Source: Candidatus Bathyarchaeum sp. (lineage in GTDB: Archaea > Thermoproteota > Bathyarchaeia > Bathyarchaeales > Bathyarchaeaceae). Taken from it: 64,000 nucleotides of DNA. Positions within the stretch are counted from its first letter, which is position 1, and every line of letters starts with the position of its first letter. The stretch is from positions 34,997 through 98,996 of the forward strand of contig JAOZIF010000171.1 of NCBI GenBank assembly GCA_026014495.1. Reading direction: 5' to 3'. Shown here one piece after another: positions 18,459 through 27,405 of the stretch. The translations under genes were made by a program, and so were the position numbers. Below the pieces are notes generated by a model that was given only the letters and a program-made list of their open reading frames with translations, did not search any database and was not told where the DNA came from.

Positions 18459-18662
18459 TTGGGATTAGAATTTAAGCCAAAACTCTCCGTTATTATAGCG
18501 GCAATTCATGGTGTATCTATAGCTTTGTCTTACATAGTTACTCAGGGCGACATTACCGCCATGGTTTTGTGGGCAGCGGTATCTGCGGGTGCAACAGCGG
18601 GACTAAGTTACTACACGGAGCAAGAACAAACAGACGATTCAGTCGAGAGTTCTGCATCATAA
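18459..18662 (+). CDS. Small two-TM protein (holin-like)
   Basis: TTG at 18459 after GGAGGTGA (18446-18453); two hydrophobic segments and an acidic tail. Confidence 0.4.
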   Translation: MGLEFKPKLSVIIAAIHGVSIALSYIVTQGDITAMVLWAAVSAGATAGLSYYTEQEQTDDSVESSAS

Positions 18663-18797
18663 GCATGTGCTAACATTTTTACGTTAGTTGTAGTATTTCA
18701 CATCCATTTTTCTATATTTTTTTTCTATAACATAACTTCAGAAGCCATTTAAATGAATGTATGCTTACGTAACTAGTCTCTAAAGGAGATTTCCGTC

Positions 18798-19028
18798 ATG
18801 CCGACTGAGACAATTCTTCAACTACTGGAGAACGGAAAATGGCATTATCTCAAGGACATGCCTGAAAAAACGCGTTTAACCAGTTTCACGGTTGAGGCTG
18901 TTACAAATTTTCTGGTAAATTACAATTTTGTCAAATTTGATGCTTCAAAACAAAAAATAAGGTTAGATTCGCCAGCAAACAAATTCTTTAAAAGATTTCG
19001 GCAACTGGAAACTGTTGAAAATCTCTAA
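18798..19028 (+). CDS. Small winged-helix protein
   Basis: ILQLLENGKWHYLKDM...FLVNYNFVKFD pattern. Confidence 0.5.
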   Translation: MPTETILQLLENGKWHYLKDMPEKTRLTSFTVEAVTNFLVNYNFVKFDASKQKIRLDSPANKFFKRFRQLETVENL

Positions 19029-19166
19029 AATACTATTGTCTTGTTAATCTTGATTGTGCTTGTAGTCTATGTTTTTCAGAAATTGTTGTTGCTCTTTGTC
19101 AGTAAACTTGTTTAGGTAACTTGCAGACTTTTTCAATCGCACATATTACTATGTTTTGGAGTTAAG

Positions 19167-20051
19167 CTAGGAAACATATCCCATAAAATTATAAAGTTTA
19201 ATCAAAGGGTGGACGATGCAAATCAAAGGATTTCTCATTTTAGCGGAAATAAAAACTCCAACGAAAGGGCTCATCAGCAACCTGTTGAGAGAATGTTTAG
19301 GACCGTATCGTAGCTTGTTAGTTGAAAACCCTAGCTGTTCAAGTTTAATTGTTATCTCTTGAGATGCTACTGCATACCATTTTTGGTGATTAAGAATTTG
19401 CTGAAAGCCTCTTCGTAAATGAACGCTCTGACACAATGGGTTAACTTTCCACTCGTAGCCGTGCTTAAGTAACTGGAAAACTAGAATTGTGTCGATGCCA
19501 CAATTCCCAGATGCCATATACGGGAAACCTCCAGCAGCACGAACAATGTCTGTTTTGTACATTGTATTGTCAAGAGTTTTTCCAAGAGTTAAAGAGCTTA
19601 GCTTACGGTTGCTCAAATAGGAAGCGATATTTTTGTCAACTAAATATTTGCGGTAAACAAATTTTTCCAAGTCATGAACTGCCTGCGGTTTGCTACTGAA
19701 TCGGACACCAGATGCAGTCCCGATTTTGTCATCATTTAGTAAAGGAGAGACTTGGTTCCACCAGTTTTTGGATAGCAACAAATCCTGTTCTACACTCATA
19801 AAGTATGGGCAGTCAACCATGCTTAACGCGAAATTAGCTCCGCTTGAAATTCCAGATTCAGGGTTTGTGTAAACTTCCCAGCCAAAACTCTTGGCGATTT
19901 CTCTTGTTTCGTCTGTGCTGCGGTCGTCAACCATTATTTTGCGGTGCACCAGCTTGTTTGGCAAAACCTGTTCTAGTCTACGAAGAGTTGTAGGTAACAC
20001 CCAAGCGCCATCTTTTGCCCACATGACTATGTCAAAGCTTTGTATGCTCAA
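19167..20051 (-). CDS. Glycosyltransferase family 2
   Basis: IMVDDRSTDET, SVEQD, GIDT. Confidence 0.85.
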   Translation of the reverse strand: MSIQSFDIVMWAKDGAWVLPTTLRRLEQVLPNKLVHRKIMVDDRSTDETREIAKSFGWEVYTNPESGISSGANFALSMVDCPYFMSVEQDLLLSKNWWNQVSPLLNDDKIGTASGVRFSSKPQAVHDLEKFVYRKYLVDKNIASYLSNRKLSSLTLGKTLDNTMYKTDIVRAAGGFPYMASGNCGIDTILVFQLLKHGYEWKVNPLCQSVHLRRGFQQILNHQKWYAVASQEITIKLEQLGFSTNKLRYGPKHSLNRLLMSPFVGVFISAKMRNPLICIVHPLIKLYNFMGYVS

Positions 20052-20081
20052 CGTTTTTTGTCTCCTTTAAACATTGCACCG

Positions 20082-21188
20082 TTACAATTCTAAACTTTCT
20101 AGAACAGCTAATATTTGCTCAATGCCTTTTTTGTCAACCAACGGATGAACAGGCAAACTTAACACCTTTTTACAAGCTTCTTCAGTGTTAGGGCACAAAG
20201 TCTCTTTGTAGCCTAAGGCTTGATATATCGGCTGACGATAAATGGGAACTGGATAATGAACGGCAACGCCAACACCATTCTCTGTTAGACTTTCAGCAAG
20301 CTCGTTTCTGTCTAGGGAACAATTATCTTCCACTCTTATTACATACTGATGGAAAACGTGCTTCACGTCTTTCATTACGTATGGTACCGTTAAACCCTGC
20401 AACTTGCGGATTCCATTACTCAAAAGCTGGGCGTTCTCTATTCTTTTTTCGTTAAATCCGTCAAGTTTCTTAAGTTGGGCTAATCCAATGGCTGCACAGA
20501 ACTCGGTCATGCGGTAATTGTAGCCCAAAATTTCATGGTGATATTTCTGGCTTTCTCCATGACTTCTAAGTAATCGTGCTTTATCTGCCAGTTTCTGGTT
20601 GTCGGTGGTGATTACTCCTCCTTCACCCTGTGTTATGTTTTTTGTTGCGTAGAAACTAAAGCATCCCATGTCTCCAAGGCTCCCTGCCTTCTGTTCTTTG
20701 TATGTGGCGCCATGGGCTTGAGCAGCATCTTCTACTACTGCAATTTTATTGTCTTGAGCAATTTCTTTTAGAGCCCCCATGTTTGCAGGTTGACCAAACA
20801 GGTGAACTGGTATTACTGCCTTGGTTTTCGACGTTATTTTCTCAGCTACCTCTTGGGGGTCGATGTTGAATGTTTTTGGGTCTATGTCCGCGAAAACAGG
20901 TTTTGCATTCTGGAATAATATGCAGTTTCCTGATGCGATGAAAGAGAACGCTGAGGTTATCACTTCGTCTCCTGGACCTATATCTAGTGCTTTAAGTGCC
21001 ACATCTAAAGATACTGTCCCGTTTGTTACTGCAACAGCATGTTTTACGCCAACATATTCTGCGTATTGTTTTTCAAACAGTCTAGTTTTTGGTCCAGAAA
21101 CTAGAATCCCTGATTCCAAAACCTCTTTCATTGCGGCTAATTCTTCTTTGCCTAAATTGGGTTTTGCGATGGGAATCTTTTGTGTCAA
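20082..21188 (-). CDS. DegT/DnrJ/EryC1/StrS PLP aminotransferase (WbpE-like)
   Basis: VEDAAQAHGA, SFYATKNIT-GEGG, GYNYRM. Confidence 0.93.
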   Translation of the reverse strand: MTQKIPIAKPNLGKEELAAMKEVLESGILVSGPKTRLFEKQYAEYVGVKHAVAVTNGTVSLDVALKALDIGPGDEVITSAFSFIASGNCILFQNAKPVFADIDPKTFNIDPQEVAEKITSKTKAVIPVHLFGQPANMGALKEIAQDNKIAVVEDAAQAHGATYKEQKAGSLGDMGCFSFYATKNITQGEGGVITTDNQKLADKARLLRSHGESQKYHHEILGYNYRMTEFCAAIGLAQLKKLDGFNEKRIENAQLLSNGIRKLQGLTVPYVMKDVKHVFHQYVIRVEDNCSLDRNELAESLTENGVGVAVHYPVPIYRQPIYQALGYKETLCPNTEEACKKVLSLPVHPLVDKKGIEQILAVLESLEL

Positions 21189-21195
21189 CAGCTTT

Positions 21196-21807
21196 TCACT
21201 CTTCCTTTTTTATTCTAGCGTAATCTTCTGCAGGTATCTTGATTTGTGTGTTGCAAATTTGACACTCCATGACAACATGTTTTTCTTCCCTCTTTATTGT
21301 CTCAAGTTTTCTGCCGCACCTGCAAACAAATCCTCGTATGCTAGCTGGATTTCCATAAGCTAAAGCATAATCAGGTATTTTCTCTGTTACTACGCTCCCT
21401 GCCCCTATTAACGCATATTTTCCTATTGTGGTTCCGCAAACTATTACTGTTCTTGCCCCAATTGAACTACCTTCTTTTACAAGTGTTGGCTGGATTTTCC
21501 AGTCTTTGTTAAAACTTCTTGGATGCCTGTCATTTGTGAATGTAACGTGAGGCCCAACAAAAACGTCATCTTTGATTGTCACTCCTTCATAAACTGTTGC
21601 TCTGTTTTCCAGCTTTACTTTATTTCCAATTTTTACGGCTCTGCCCACATAAACATAATCTGCGATTATGCAATCTTTGCCTATTTGTGCATCTTGCATT
21701 ATGTGAACAAAATGCCAAACTTTTGTGCCGCTTCCTAGGTTGACCCCATTATCAATGATTGCCGTAGGATCCACGTAAACGTTGGTCACGAAACTCCCCC
21801 TTTTCAT
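21196..21807 (-). CDS. Hexapeptide N-acetyltransferase (WbpD-like)
   Basis: VWHFVHI, hexapeptide repeats, FTNDRHPRS, GNPA, CRCG. Confidence 0.9.
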   Translation of the reverse strand: MKRGSFVTNVYVDPTAIIDNGVNLGSGTKVWHFVHIMQDAQIGKDCIIADYVYVGRAVKIGNKVKLENRATVYEGVTIKDDVFVGPHVTFTNDRHPRSFNKDWKIQPTLVKEGSSIGARTVIVCGTTIGKYALIGAGSVVTEKIPDYALAYGNPASIRGFVCRCGRKLETIKREEKHVVMECQICNTQIKIPAEDYARIKKEE

Positions 21808-22113
21808 ACTGAACCTGAACTAAATAACAGTTTACTTGATGTTGTAATTATTAATTTTAGCCATGAGCGCTTTTGTGCTCAAAACTGGTTATATTTGTTG
21901 CTCGGAGTCTGCTGGTTTATTACAAAATTTATTGTTGCTGATTTGTGTTGATGTTGTGGATGGGAGATTTCGTTGTTGTGTGTGTTTTTTGAGTTGACTT
22001 TTTAATCTGGAATAAAGTTATAATTAAAAGTTATATTTTTAGTTTTACTAAATGAAATAATCACCAAACAATATTATACTCAAAAACCTTAATTGTGTGC
22101 TTAGTGAAAACTG

Positions 22114-23388
22114 ATGTCTTATAAGAAACAATTTGCCTCAAGCATTGTTCTAGTGTTGCTTATTTTTTCATTAATTACTTTTGTTGGAGCATCTTCGACA
22201 ATGTGGAGCCAAACCTATGGAGGCGCAAGTTCTGATGTTGCTTATGCCTTCATCAAAACATCTGATGGCGGGTACGCTATTGCTGGAGGTACAGAATCTT
22301 TTGGTGCTGGTGGCGCCGATTTTTGGTTAGTCAAAGCGGACTCCTCTGGTAACATGGAATGGAATCAAACATACGGCGGAGAAAACGATGATTGTGCTAA
22401 CGCGTTGATTGAGTCTTCTGATGGTGGATACGTTCTAGCTGGAGGCACCGACTCTTTTGGTGCTGGTCTTTATGATTTTTGGTTAATTAAAACTGACGCG
22501 ACTGGAAATATGGAATGGAATCAAACATACGGCGGAGAAGAAGATGATTGCGCTTACACGCTGATTGAAGCATCTGGTGGTGGATACGTTCTAGCTGGAG
22601 AAACATCTTCTGTTGGTGCTGGTGAAGTTGATTTTTGGTTAATTAAAGTTGATTCCTCTGGTAACATGGAATGGAATCAAACATACGGAGGAACCGCGTA
22701 TGAAAATGTTTACGCAATAGTTGAGGTATCTGATGGCGGGTACGTTCTAGCTGGAGAAACAGAAACCTTCAGTACTCTTGGTTATGATTGCTGGTTAATT
22801 AAAACTGATGCGGCTGGAAACATGGAATGGAACCAGACATACAGCGGAGAAAGCTCTACTGGTGGTTCTGCATTTGTTCAAACGTCTGATGGTGGCTACG
22901 CCTTGGCTGGAGGTGCAGCTTCTGTTGACGGTGCTGACTATGATTTTTGGTTAGTTAAAACCGATGCAAATGGAACTCTACTGTGGACCCAAACATACGG
23001 CGGAGAAAGTTATGATGTTGCTTGGTCAATCGCTGAGGCATCTGATGGCGGCTACCTTATAGCTGGAGGCACATCGTCTTTTGGTGCTGGCGTTTATGAT
23101 TTTTGGTTAGTCAAAACCGATGAAACTGGAAACATGGACTGGAACCAGACATACGGCGGAGAAAGTTATGATGTTGCTTGGTCAATCGCTGAGGCATCTG
23201 ATGGCGGCTACATTTTAGTTGGAGAAACATCTTCTTTTGGTGCTGGAGACTCTGACTTTTGGTTAGTTAAAACTGACGAAAACGGAATTATCCCCGAGTT
23301 TCCCTCTTGGATTCTTGTTCCACTATTTGTCACTGCAACAATGGTTGCTATGCTTTACAAAAAGAAACTAAAACATACAATTACGTGA
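22114..23388 (+). CDS. Secreted repeat (beta-propeller-like) surface protein with PEF-CTERM-like tail
   Basis: Signal peptide; about 7 units of TYGG...SDGGYxLAG...DFWLVKTD.xGNMEWNQ; IPEFPSW + TM + KKK. Confidence 0.8.
   Translation: MSYKKQFASSIVLVLLIFSLITFVGASSTMWSQTYGGASSDVAYAFIKTSDGGYAIAGGTESFGAGGADFWLVKADSSGNMEWNQTYGGENDDCANALIESSDGGYVLAGGTDSFGAGLYDFWLIKTDATGNMEWNQTYGGEEDDCAYTLIEASGGGYVLAGETSSVGAGEVDFWLIKVDSSGNMEWNQTYGGTAYENVYAIVEVSDGGYVLAGETETFSTLGYDCWLIKTDAAGNMEWNQTYSGESSTGGSAFVQTSDGGYALAGGAASVDGADYDFWLVKTDANGTLLWTQTYGGESYDVAWSIAEASDGGYLIAGGTSSFGAGVYDFWLVKTDETGNMDWNQTYGGESYDVAWSIAEASDGGYILVGETSSFGAGDSDFWLVKTDENGIIPEFPSWILVPLFVTATMVAMLYKKKLKHTIT
22993..23211. repeat. 63-bp exact direct repeat (22993-23055, 23149-23211), 156-nt period
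   Basis: acatacggcggagaaagttatgatgttgcttggtcaatcgctgaggcatctgatggcggctac read twice. Confidence 0.9.
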
Positions 23389-23432
23389 TAACCACAAACG
23401 CCCTTTCTGGGCACTAACCTTTTGCGTAATAT

Positions 23433-23804
23433 TTACGTTAGTTTTGCTGTCTTTTTCTTTTTAGAACACTCTTTCAGGACGCTCAGCAGTGTTTCCATCT
23501 CTTGAACATCTATATTGAGAAGGTTTCCGTTGATGCACAGCTTCAGTTTTGGGTTTTCAATATTATGCTGTTTTTCTCTTTCTCGAAGCCAATTAATAGT
23601 TGTTTTAACCAGTGCCTCTGTTACATCAACGAACATTCCTGAAATAACTGCATCACCAAAATCGGTTGAGTCTGGTATTGGCGGAGGAGAAATGTTTACG
23701 TAATAATCTTCATCCAAATTCAGGTCTATCTTTCGTTTTATTAACGCCATTATTAGACTGTCGACAGCATATGAAACTCCAAAAATTAATGCTTTCTCAC
23801 CCAT
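23433..23804 (-). CDS. Hypothetical protein
   Basis: 123 aa ORF, no recognised motif. Confidence 0.55.
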   Translation of the reverse strand: MGEKALIFGVSYAVDSLIMALIKRKIDLNLDEDYYVNISPPPIPDSTDFGDAVISGMFVDVTEALVKTTINWLREREKQHNIENPKLKLCINGNLLNIDVQEMETLLSVLKECSKKKKTAKLT

Positions 23805-23955
23805 ATTTTAATCCTCCAGCACACTATTTTTCCAATTAACTATAAAAAATGTAGCCATTTTTGAGAAATTGTGTTGCCTTCTGCACTTTCAAGTTATGTT
23901 ATCAAATTAGTGAAAAAAAGGGAAATGTGGGAGATGTCTCCATTTTTATTTGGAT

Positions 23956-24537
23956 TCAACTCTGATCTGGAGGACTTGCTGCATCTGTTTCCTCTTTTTG
24001 TTCCTGCTCTTTATCCTTCCTCTTGCCTAAAATGAATAGAACAATGATCAACACTAGCACTATGATTGCAAGAATCAGCAGCCATATTGCATTTTGGTAT
24101 AGCATCCATGCAAGGGCTAAAAGGAACGCTTCAGGCACTTGCAAAGAAGTTTGAGCTGTTGTTGTTGCACCACTTGTTGTGGTTCCTGTTGCCGTAACTG
24201 CCTTTGTGCCTCCTGATATGTACTTCGATAGCCGATAGTCAACTGTAACTGACCCGCCAGGATTCAATGTTCCACCAGTTAAGCTAAGAACGTTACCTGC
24301 CAAGTTTGTAGTCCATCCTGCGGCTTGTTCGTCAGCGATTGCGTCAGCTAGCTCTTGGGGCAACGTGTAAGTGATAGAAACTATGGGTTCGCTCCCTGCC
24401 ATATACGTGTAGGTGAACGACCCTCTAGCTGTTAAACTACTCACAAGTTCAACGAGTGTGCCTGCAAACAAGAACAAGAACAGCAATATGATAAAGAGGA
24501 TGATTAGCGGGATTGATGGTCTTCTACGTTTTGCCAT
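23956..24537 (-). CDS. Membrane protein with an extracellular Thr-rich beta domain
   Basis: N-terminal TM, Thr/Gly-rich middle, C-terminal TM and charged tail. Confidence 0.65.
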   Translation of the reverse strand: MAKRRRPSIPLIILFIILLFLFLFAGTLVELVSSLTARGSFTYTYMAGSEPIVSITYTLPQELADAIADEQAAGWTTNLAGNVLSLTGGTLNPGGSVTVDYRLSKYISGGTKAVTATGTTTSGATTTAQTSLQVPEAFLLALAWMLYQNAIWLLILAIIVLVLIIVLFILGKRKDKEQEQKEETDAASPPDQS

Positions 24538-24623
24538 ATTAAAAACAACTCCAAATGTAGAAAAACGTATCTTCCGTTTTAGATATTTAATATTTGTCTC
24601 TGAACTAGACGCTAAATCCTATC

Positions 24624-25457
24624 TTATGACTTTATTAACTTGGTTCTATCTACTCCTTTTTTTGCATCCAAGTAGCCTTTTATCATGTTAAATCTGTTAA
24701 AAATAATGGCTTGCGCCAAAATTAGTGGAAATGACCTTTTCGCTACATTCCAAGAAATCTGCCCTCTTACATAATGACGTTTTGGCGATTCCACAGGTCT
24801 TAAATGAAGAGTATTTGTTAAAACGATTACACTTTTACGGTGCTGCTCTGAAATCAGCAACTTGTGAAACAGTGTATCTTCTCCTCTTTTTATGTTAGTC
24901 AAATCCACTTTCTTGTTCTCGTCTTCCTGTCTTTTGCTAAATGCCATTTTCCAATCTTCAAGAAAAAAGAGAATATTTCCGCCAAGCCAACTCTCGTTTT
25001 GAGGTAATGGCGCTTTTATTTTCTCTAAAAACCGCTTTATCATGTGCCTGTAAGAAATGGGATAATCAAGGTACTCAAAAGTTATAATCCCCACATTATT
25101 CCTTCCAAGCAAAGGAATGTACTTCTTTATTTTTGGGTCTAACACCAAGTCCGCGTCAGTCTTTAATATCTTGTTGCATTTCGCCATTGAATAGCCCATT
25201 CTTCTCAAAAATGTTGGTCTAAACGAAAATTGAGCGCCCTCTTCGCCACTAACCTCCTTGAAGATTGTTTTTTCAAAGAATTTTGTTTTCTTTGCTATAT
25301 TCACAGCCACATTGTATGACTCGTCTGTACAATTATCAAAGAGCAAAATCGTTTCTGCTGGGTCTAGCCTGTATACAGATGGTAAGCTGAGTTTTAGTAG
25401 CTCAGATTCGTTATGAATTGGCATTACAACAGAAAAATCTGTAATTGTTTCATACAT
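24624..25457 (-). CDS. Glycosyltransferase family 2
   Basis: VVMPIHNE, FDNCTD, KTDAD, GED. Confidence 0.85.
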   Translation of the reverse strand: MYETITDFSVVMPIHNESELLKLSLPSVYRLDPAETILLFDNCTDESYNVAVNIAKKTKFFEKTIFKEVSGEEGAQFSFRPTFLRRMGYSMAKCNKILKTDADLVLDPKIKKYIPLLGRNNVGIITFEYLDYPISYRHMIKRFLEKIKAPLPQNESWLGGNILFFLEDWKMAFSKRQEDENKKVDLTNIKRGEDTLFHKLLISEQHRKSVIVLTNTLHLRPVESPKRHYVRGQISWNVAKRSFPLILAQAIIFNRFNMIKGYLDAKKGVDRTKLIKS

Positions 25458-25576
25458 ATCTACTCATCTTTCACGACTGCTATATGCGACCTAACTGGCA
25501 CGTAAACAAAAACAGATGAAACAAAAATCCCCCTTTCAGGCTCTGGTTTAGTCAAGTTAACTCACCATCAATTATA

Positions 25577-26980
25577 TCATCCAGATTTTAGTGGCTTTCC
25601 TAAACATCGGTAAATTATCGACTTTTTTAATTTTGATGAATCAATGAAGTTTCTAGTGTCAATTAGACAACAGTTAGGCGCCAGCTCATTTATTTTGTCT
25701 TCAATACTGTTTTCTCTAAAATAGGAGTGATTAACCAACAAAATTATGCAATCCTTGCCTTTGATTGTTTCTTCTAGGCTTCCAGTTTTTGCGCCAAAAG
25801 TTTCGTCAGTTAAAGGGTCAAACGCCATAACATTTTTTGATACTTTTCTTAATTCGGTTATAACCGTTTTTGAAGGCGTTCGACGTATGTCCAGCACATC
25901 CTTTTTGTATGTGACCCCCAGAACAGCAAAACTTGACTCCCGCACATTCTTGTTACATGTGTTAAGAGTTTCTTCTGCAATGTGAACCACATAAAGTGGC
26001 ATGTTCCTGTTTATGCATGCTGCTTCCTCAATAAATTCAAGATTGGTTCCCATTTTTCTTGCCTTATACAGAAGATAAAATGGGTCTTTTGGAATACAAT
26101 GACCGCCAACTCCTGGTCCTGGATAATGAGGCAAAAACCCAAACGGCTTTGTTGAGGCTGCTGCAACGGTTTCCCAAGTGTCTATTCCCATTTTTTCAAA
26201 AAACTTTGAAAGGTCATTAACAAGTGCAATGTTAACGCTTCTGAAAATGTTTTCCAGCATTTTTGTGGCTTCTGCAACTTGCAAAGAAGACACTGGAACC
26301 ACTTTTTCAACGATTTGAGAAAACAGTGAACTTGCAACATCAACGCTTTCTTTGTTTATTCCGCCAACAATTTTAGGTATCTTTTCGAGGCTCCATTTTT
26401 TGTTTCCAGGGTCAATTCGTTCTGGAGAAAACGATAGATAAAAATCGTCTCCAGCATGAAGCCCAGATTCTTCGAGTAACGGTTTGACTATTTCTTCTGT
26501 TGCTCCAGGATAGATTGTGCTCTCTACTATCACTAGAGTTTCTTTTCTAAGAAATTTGGTGATTGTTTTACATGTTTTTGTTAGGAAAAGCAGGTTTGGT
26601 GTCTCGTTTTCTTTCAAGGGCGTAGGCACGTCAACAACAAAAACATCGGCGCTCTTCAGGATTTCTTCTTTATTTGAAATCTTCAGATTATTTGCGATTT
26701 CCGATAACGTTTTTTGCTTGTGTGTTTCATCATTTGGCAGTATAGACGTAAGTTCAGAGATGACCTTGCCTTGATTTATATCGCTTAATCTTTTACTACT
26801 AATGTCATAGCCGATGGTTTGGAACCCATTTTTAGCAAAAAGTGAGGACATCGGATACCCTACGTGTCCTAAACCTAAGACTGCGACCACAACTGTCTTG
26901 TCTTTGATTTTTTGCTTTAACATTTCAGTTCTATACTGAACTTTAGGTGTATTTGTTTTTTGTCCATGTTTTTGTAACAT
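25577..26980 (-). CDS. UDP-N-acetylhexosamine 6-dehydrogenase (WbpA/WecC-like)
   Basis: GLGHVG, VPTP, ESTIYPG, SPERIDPG, GVGGHCIPKDP. Confidence 0.92.
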   Translation of the reverse strand: MLQKHGQKTNTPKVQYRTEMLKQKIKDKTVVVAVLGLGHVGYPMSSLFAKNGFQTIGYDISSKRLSDINQGKVISELTSILPNDETHKQKTLSEIANNLKISNKEEILKSADVFVVDVPTPLKENETPNLLFLTKTCKTITKFLRKETLVIVESTIYPGATEEIVKPLLEESGLHAGDDFYLSFSPERIDPGNKKWSLEKIPKIVGGINKESVDVASSLFSQIVEKVVPVSSLQVAEATKMLENIFRSVNIALVNDLSKFFEKMGIDTWETVAAASTKPFGFLPHYPGPGVGGHCIPKDPFYLLYKARKMGTNLEFIEEAACINRNMPLYVVHIAEETLNTCNKNVRESSFAVLGVTYKKDVLDIRRTPSKTVITELRKVSKNVMAFDPLTDETFGAKTGSLEETIKGKDCIILLVNHSYFRENSIEDKINELAPNCCLIDTRNFIDSSKLKKSIIYRCLGKPLKSG

Positions 26981-27060
26981 TTACGGCTATAGTTCGTTTT
27001 TTAAAATAGAAAACATTTAAATCCTGTGAGGCATCGTTACCAAGTTTAGAGGCTTATATA

Positions 27061-27231
27061 ATGTCAGAAAGAGTTTCACGTGGATTAACATATGAATGCG
27101 TGAAATGTGGCGCCAAAGTTAAAACCGAAGAACTTGAGTTACGTGGCGGAGGCGTAAAATGCACTTACTGTGGTTATCGTGTCCTAAAAAAGAAGAGACC
27201 ACCAGTAGTGAAACGGGTCTCCACCGGATAA
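27061..27231 (+). CDS. rpo12: RNA polymerase subunit Rpo12 (P); not in the ORF track
   Basis: Translated by hand: MSERVSRGLTYECVKCGAKVKTEELELRGGGVKCTYCGYRVLKKKRPPVVKRVSTG. Confidence 0.92.
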   Translation: MSERVSRGLTYECVKCGAKVKTEELELRGGGVKCTYCGYRVLKKKRPPVVKRVSTG

Positions 27232-27405
27232 AATGAACAATATTCTTATAAAAATAGCTTCTAGTCTTTATTGCTTAAGCAAAAAAGCCGATTTTTCAAG
27301 GTATTTTCTTGTAAGAAGCTGGTTTTTCGTCTTTTTTCCAAAAACTGCATGTTTAAATACGAGTCTAGCAGACACGTTTAAAATTAAAAAAGGAGATTAA
27401 ATCAT

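Larger units (their letters stand above)
14..18662. mobile_element. Fragmented provirus-derived (HK97-type head/neck) morphogenesis gene set; may continue past the left edge
   Basis: Capsid, protease, cement, adaptor, closure, terminator-like, portal and holin-like ORFs in three blocks (14-2769 -, 5194-10924 -, 16871-18662 +) separated by cellular genes; no att site, integrase or terminase seen in the span. Confidence 0.75.

Noticed and set aside
22114-23388. Periodic repeats as a CRISPR array
   Set aside because: The 156-nt period is in frame, the units are degenerate and encode protein; there are no unique spacers
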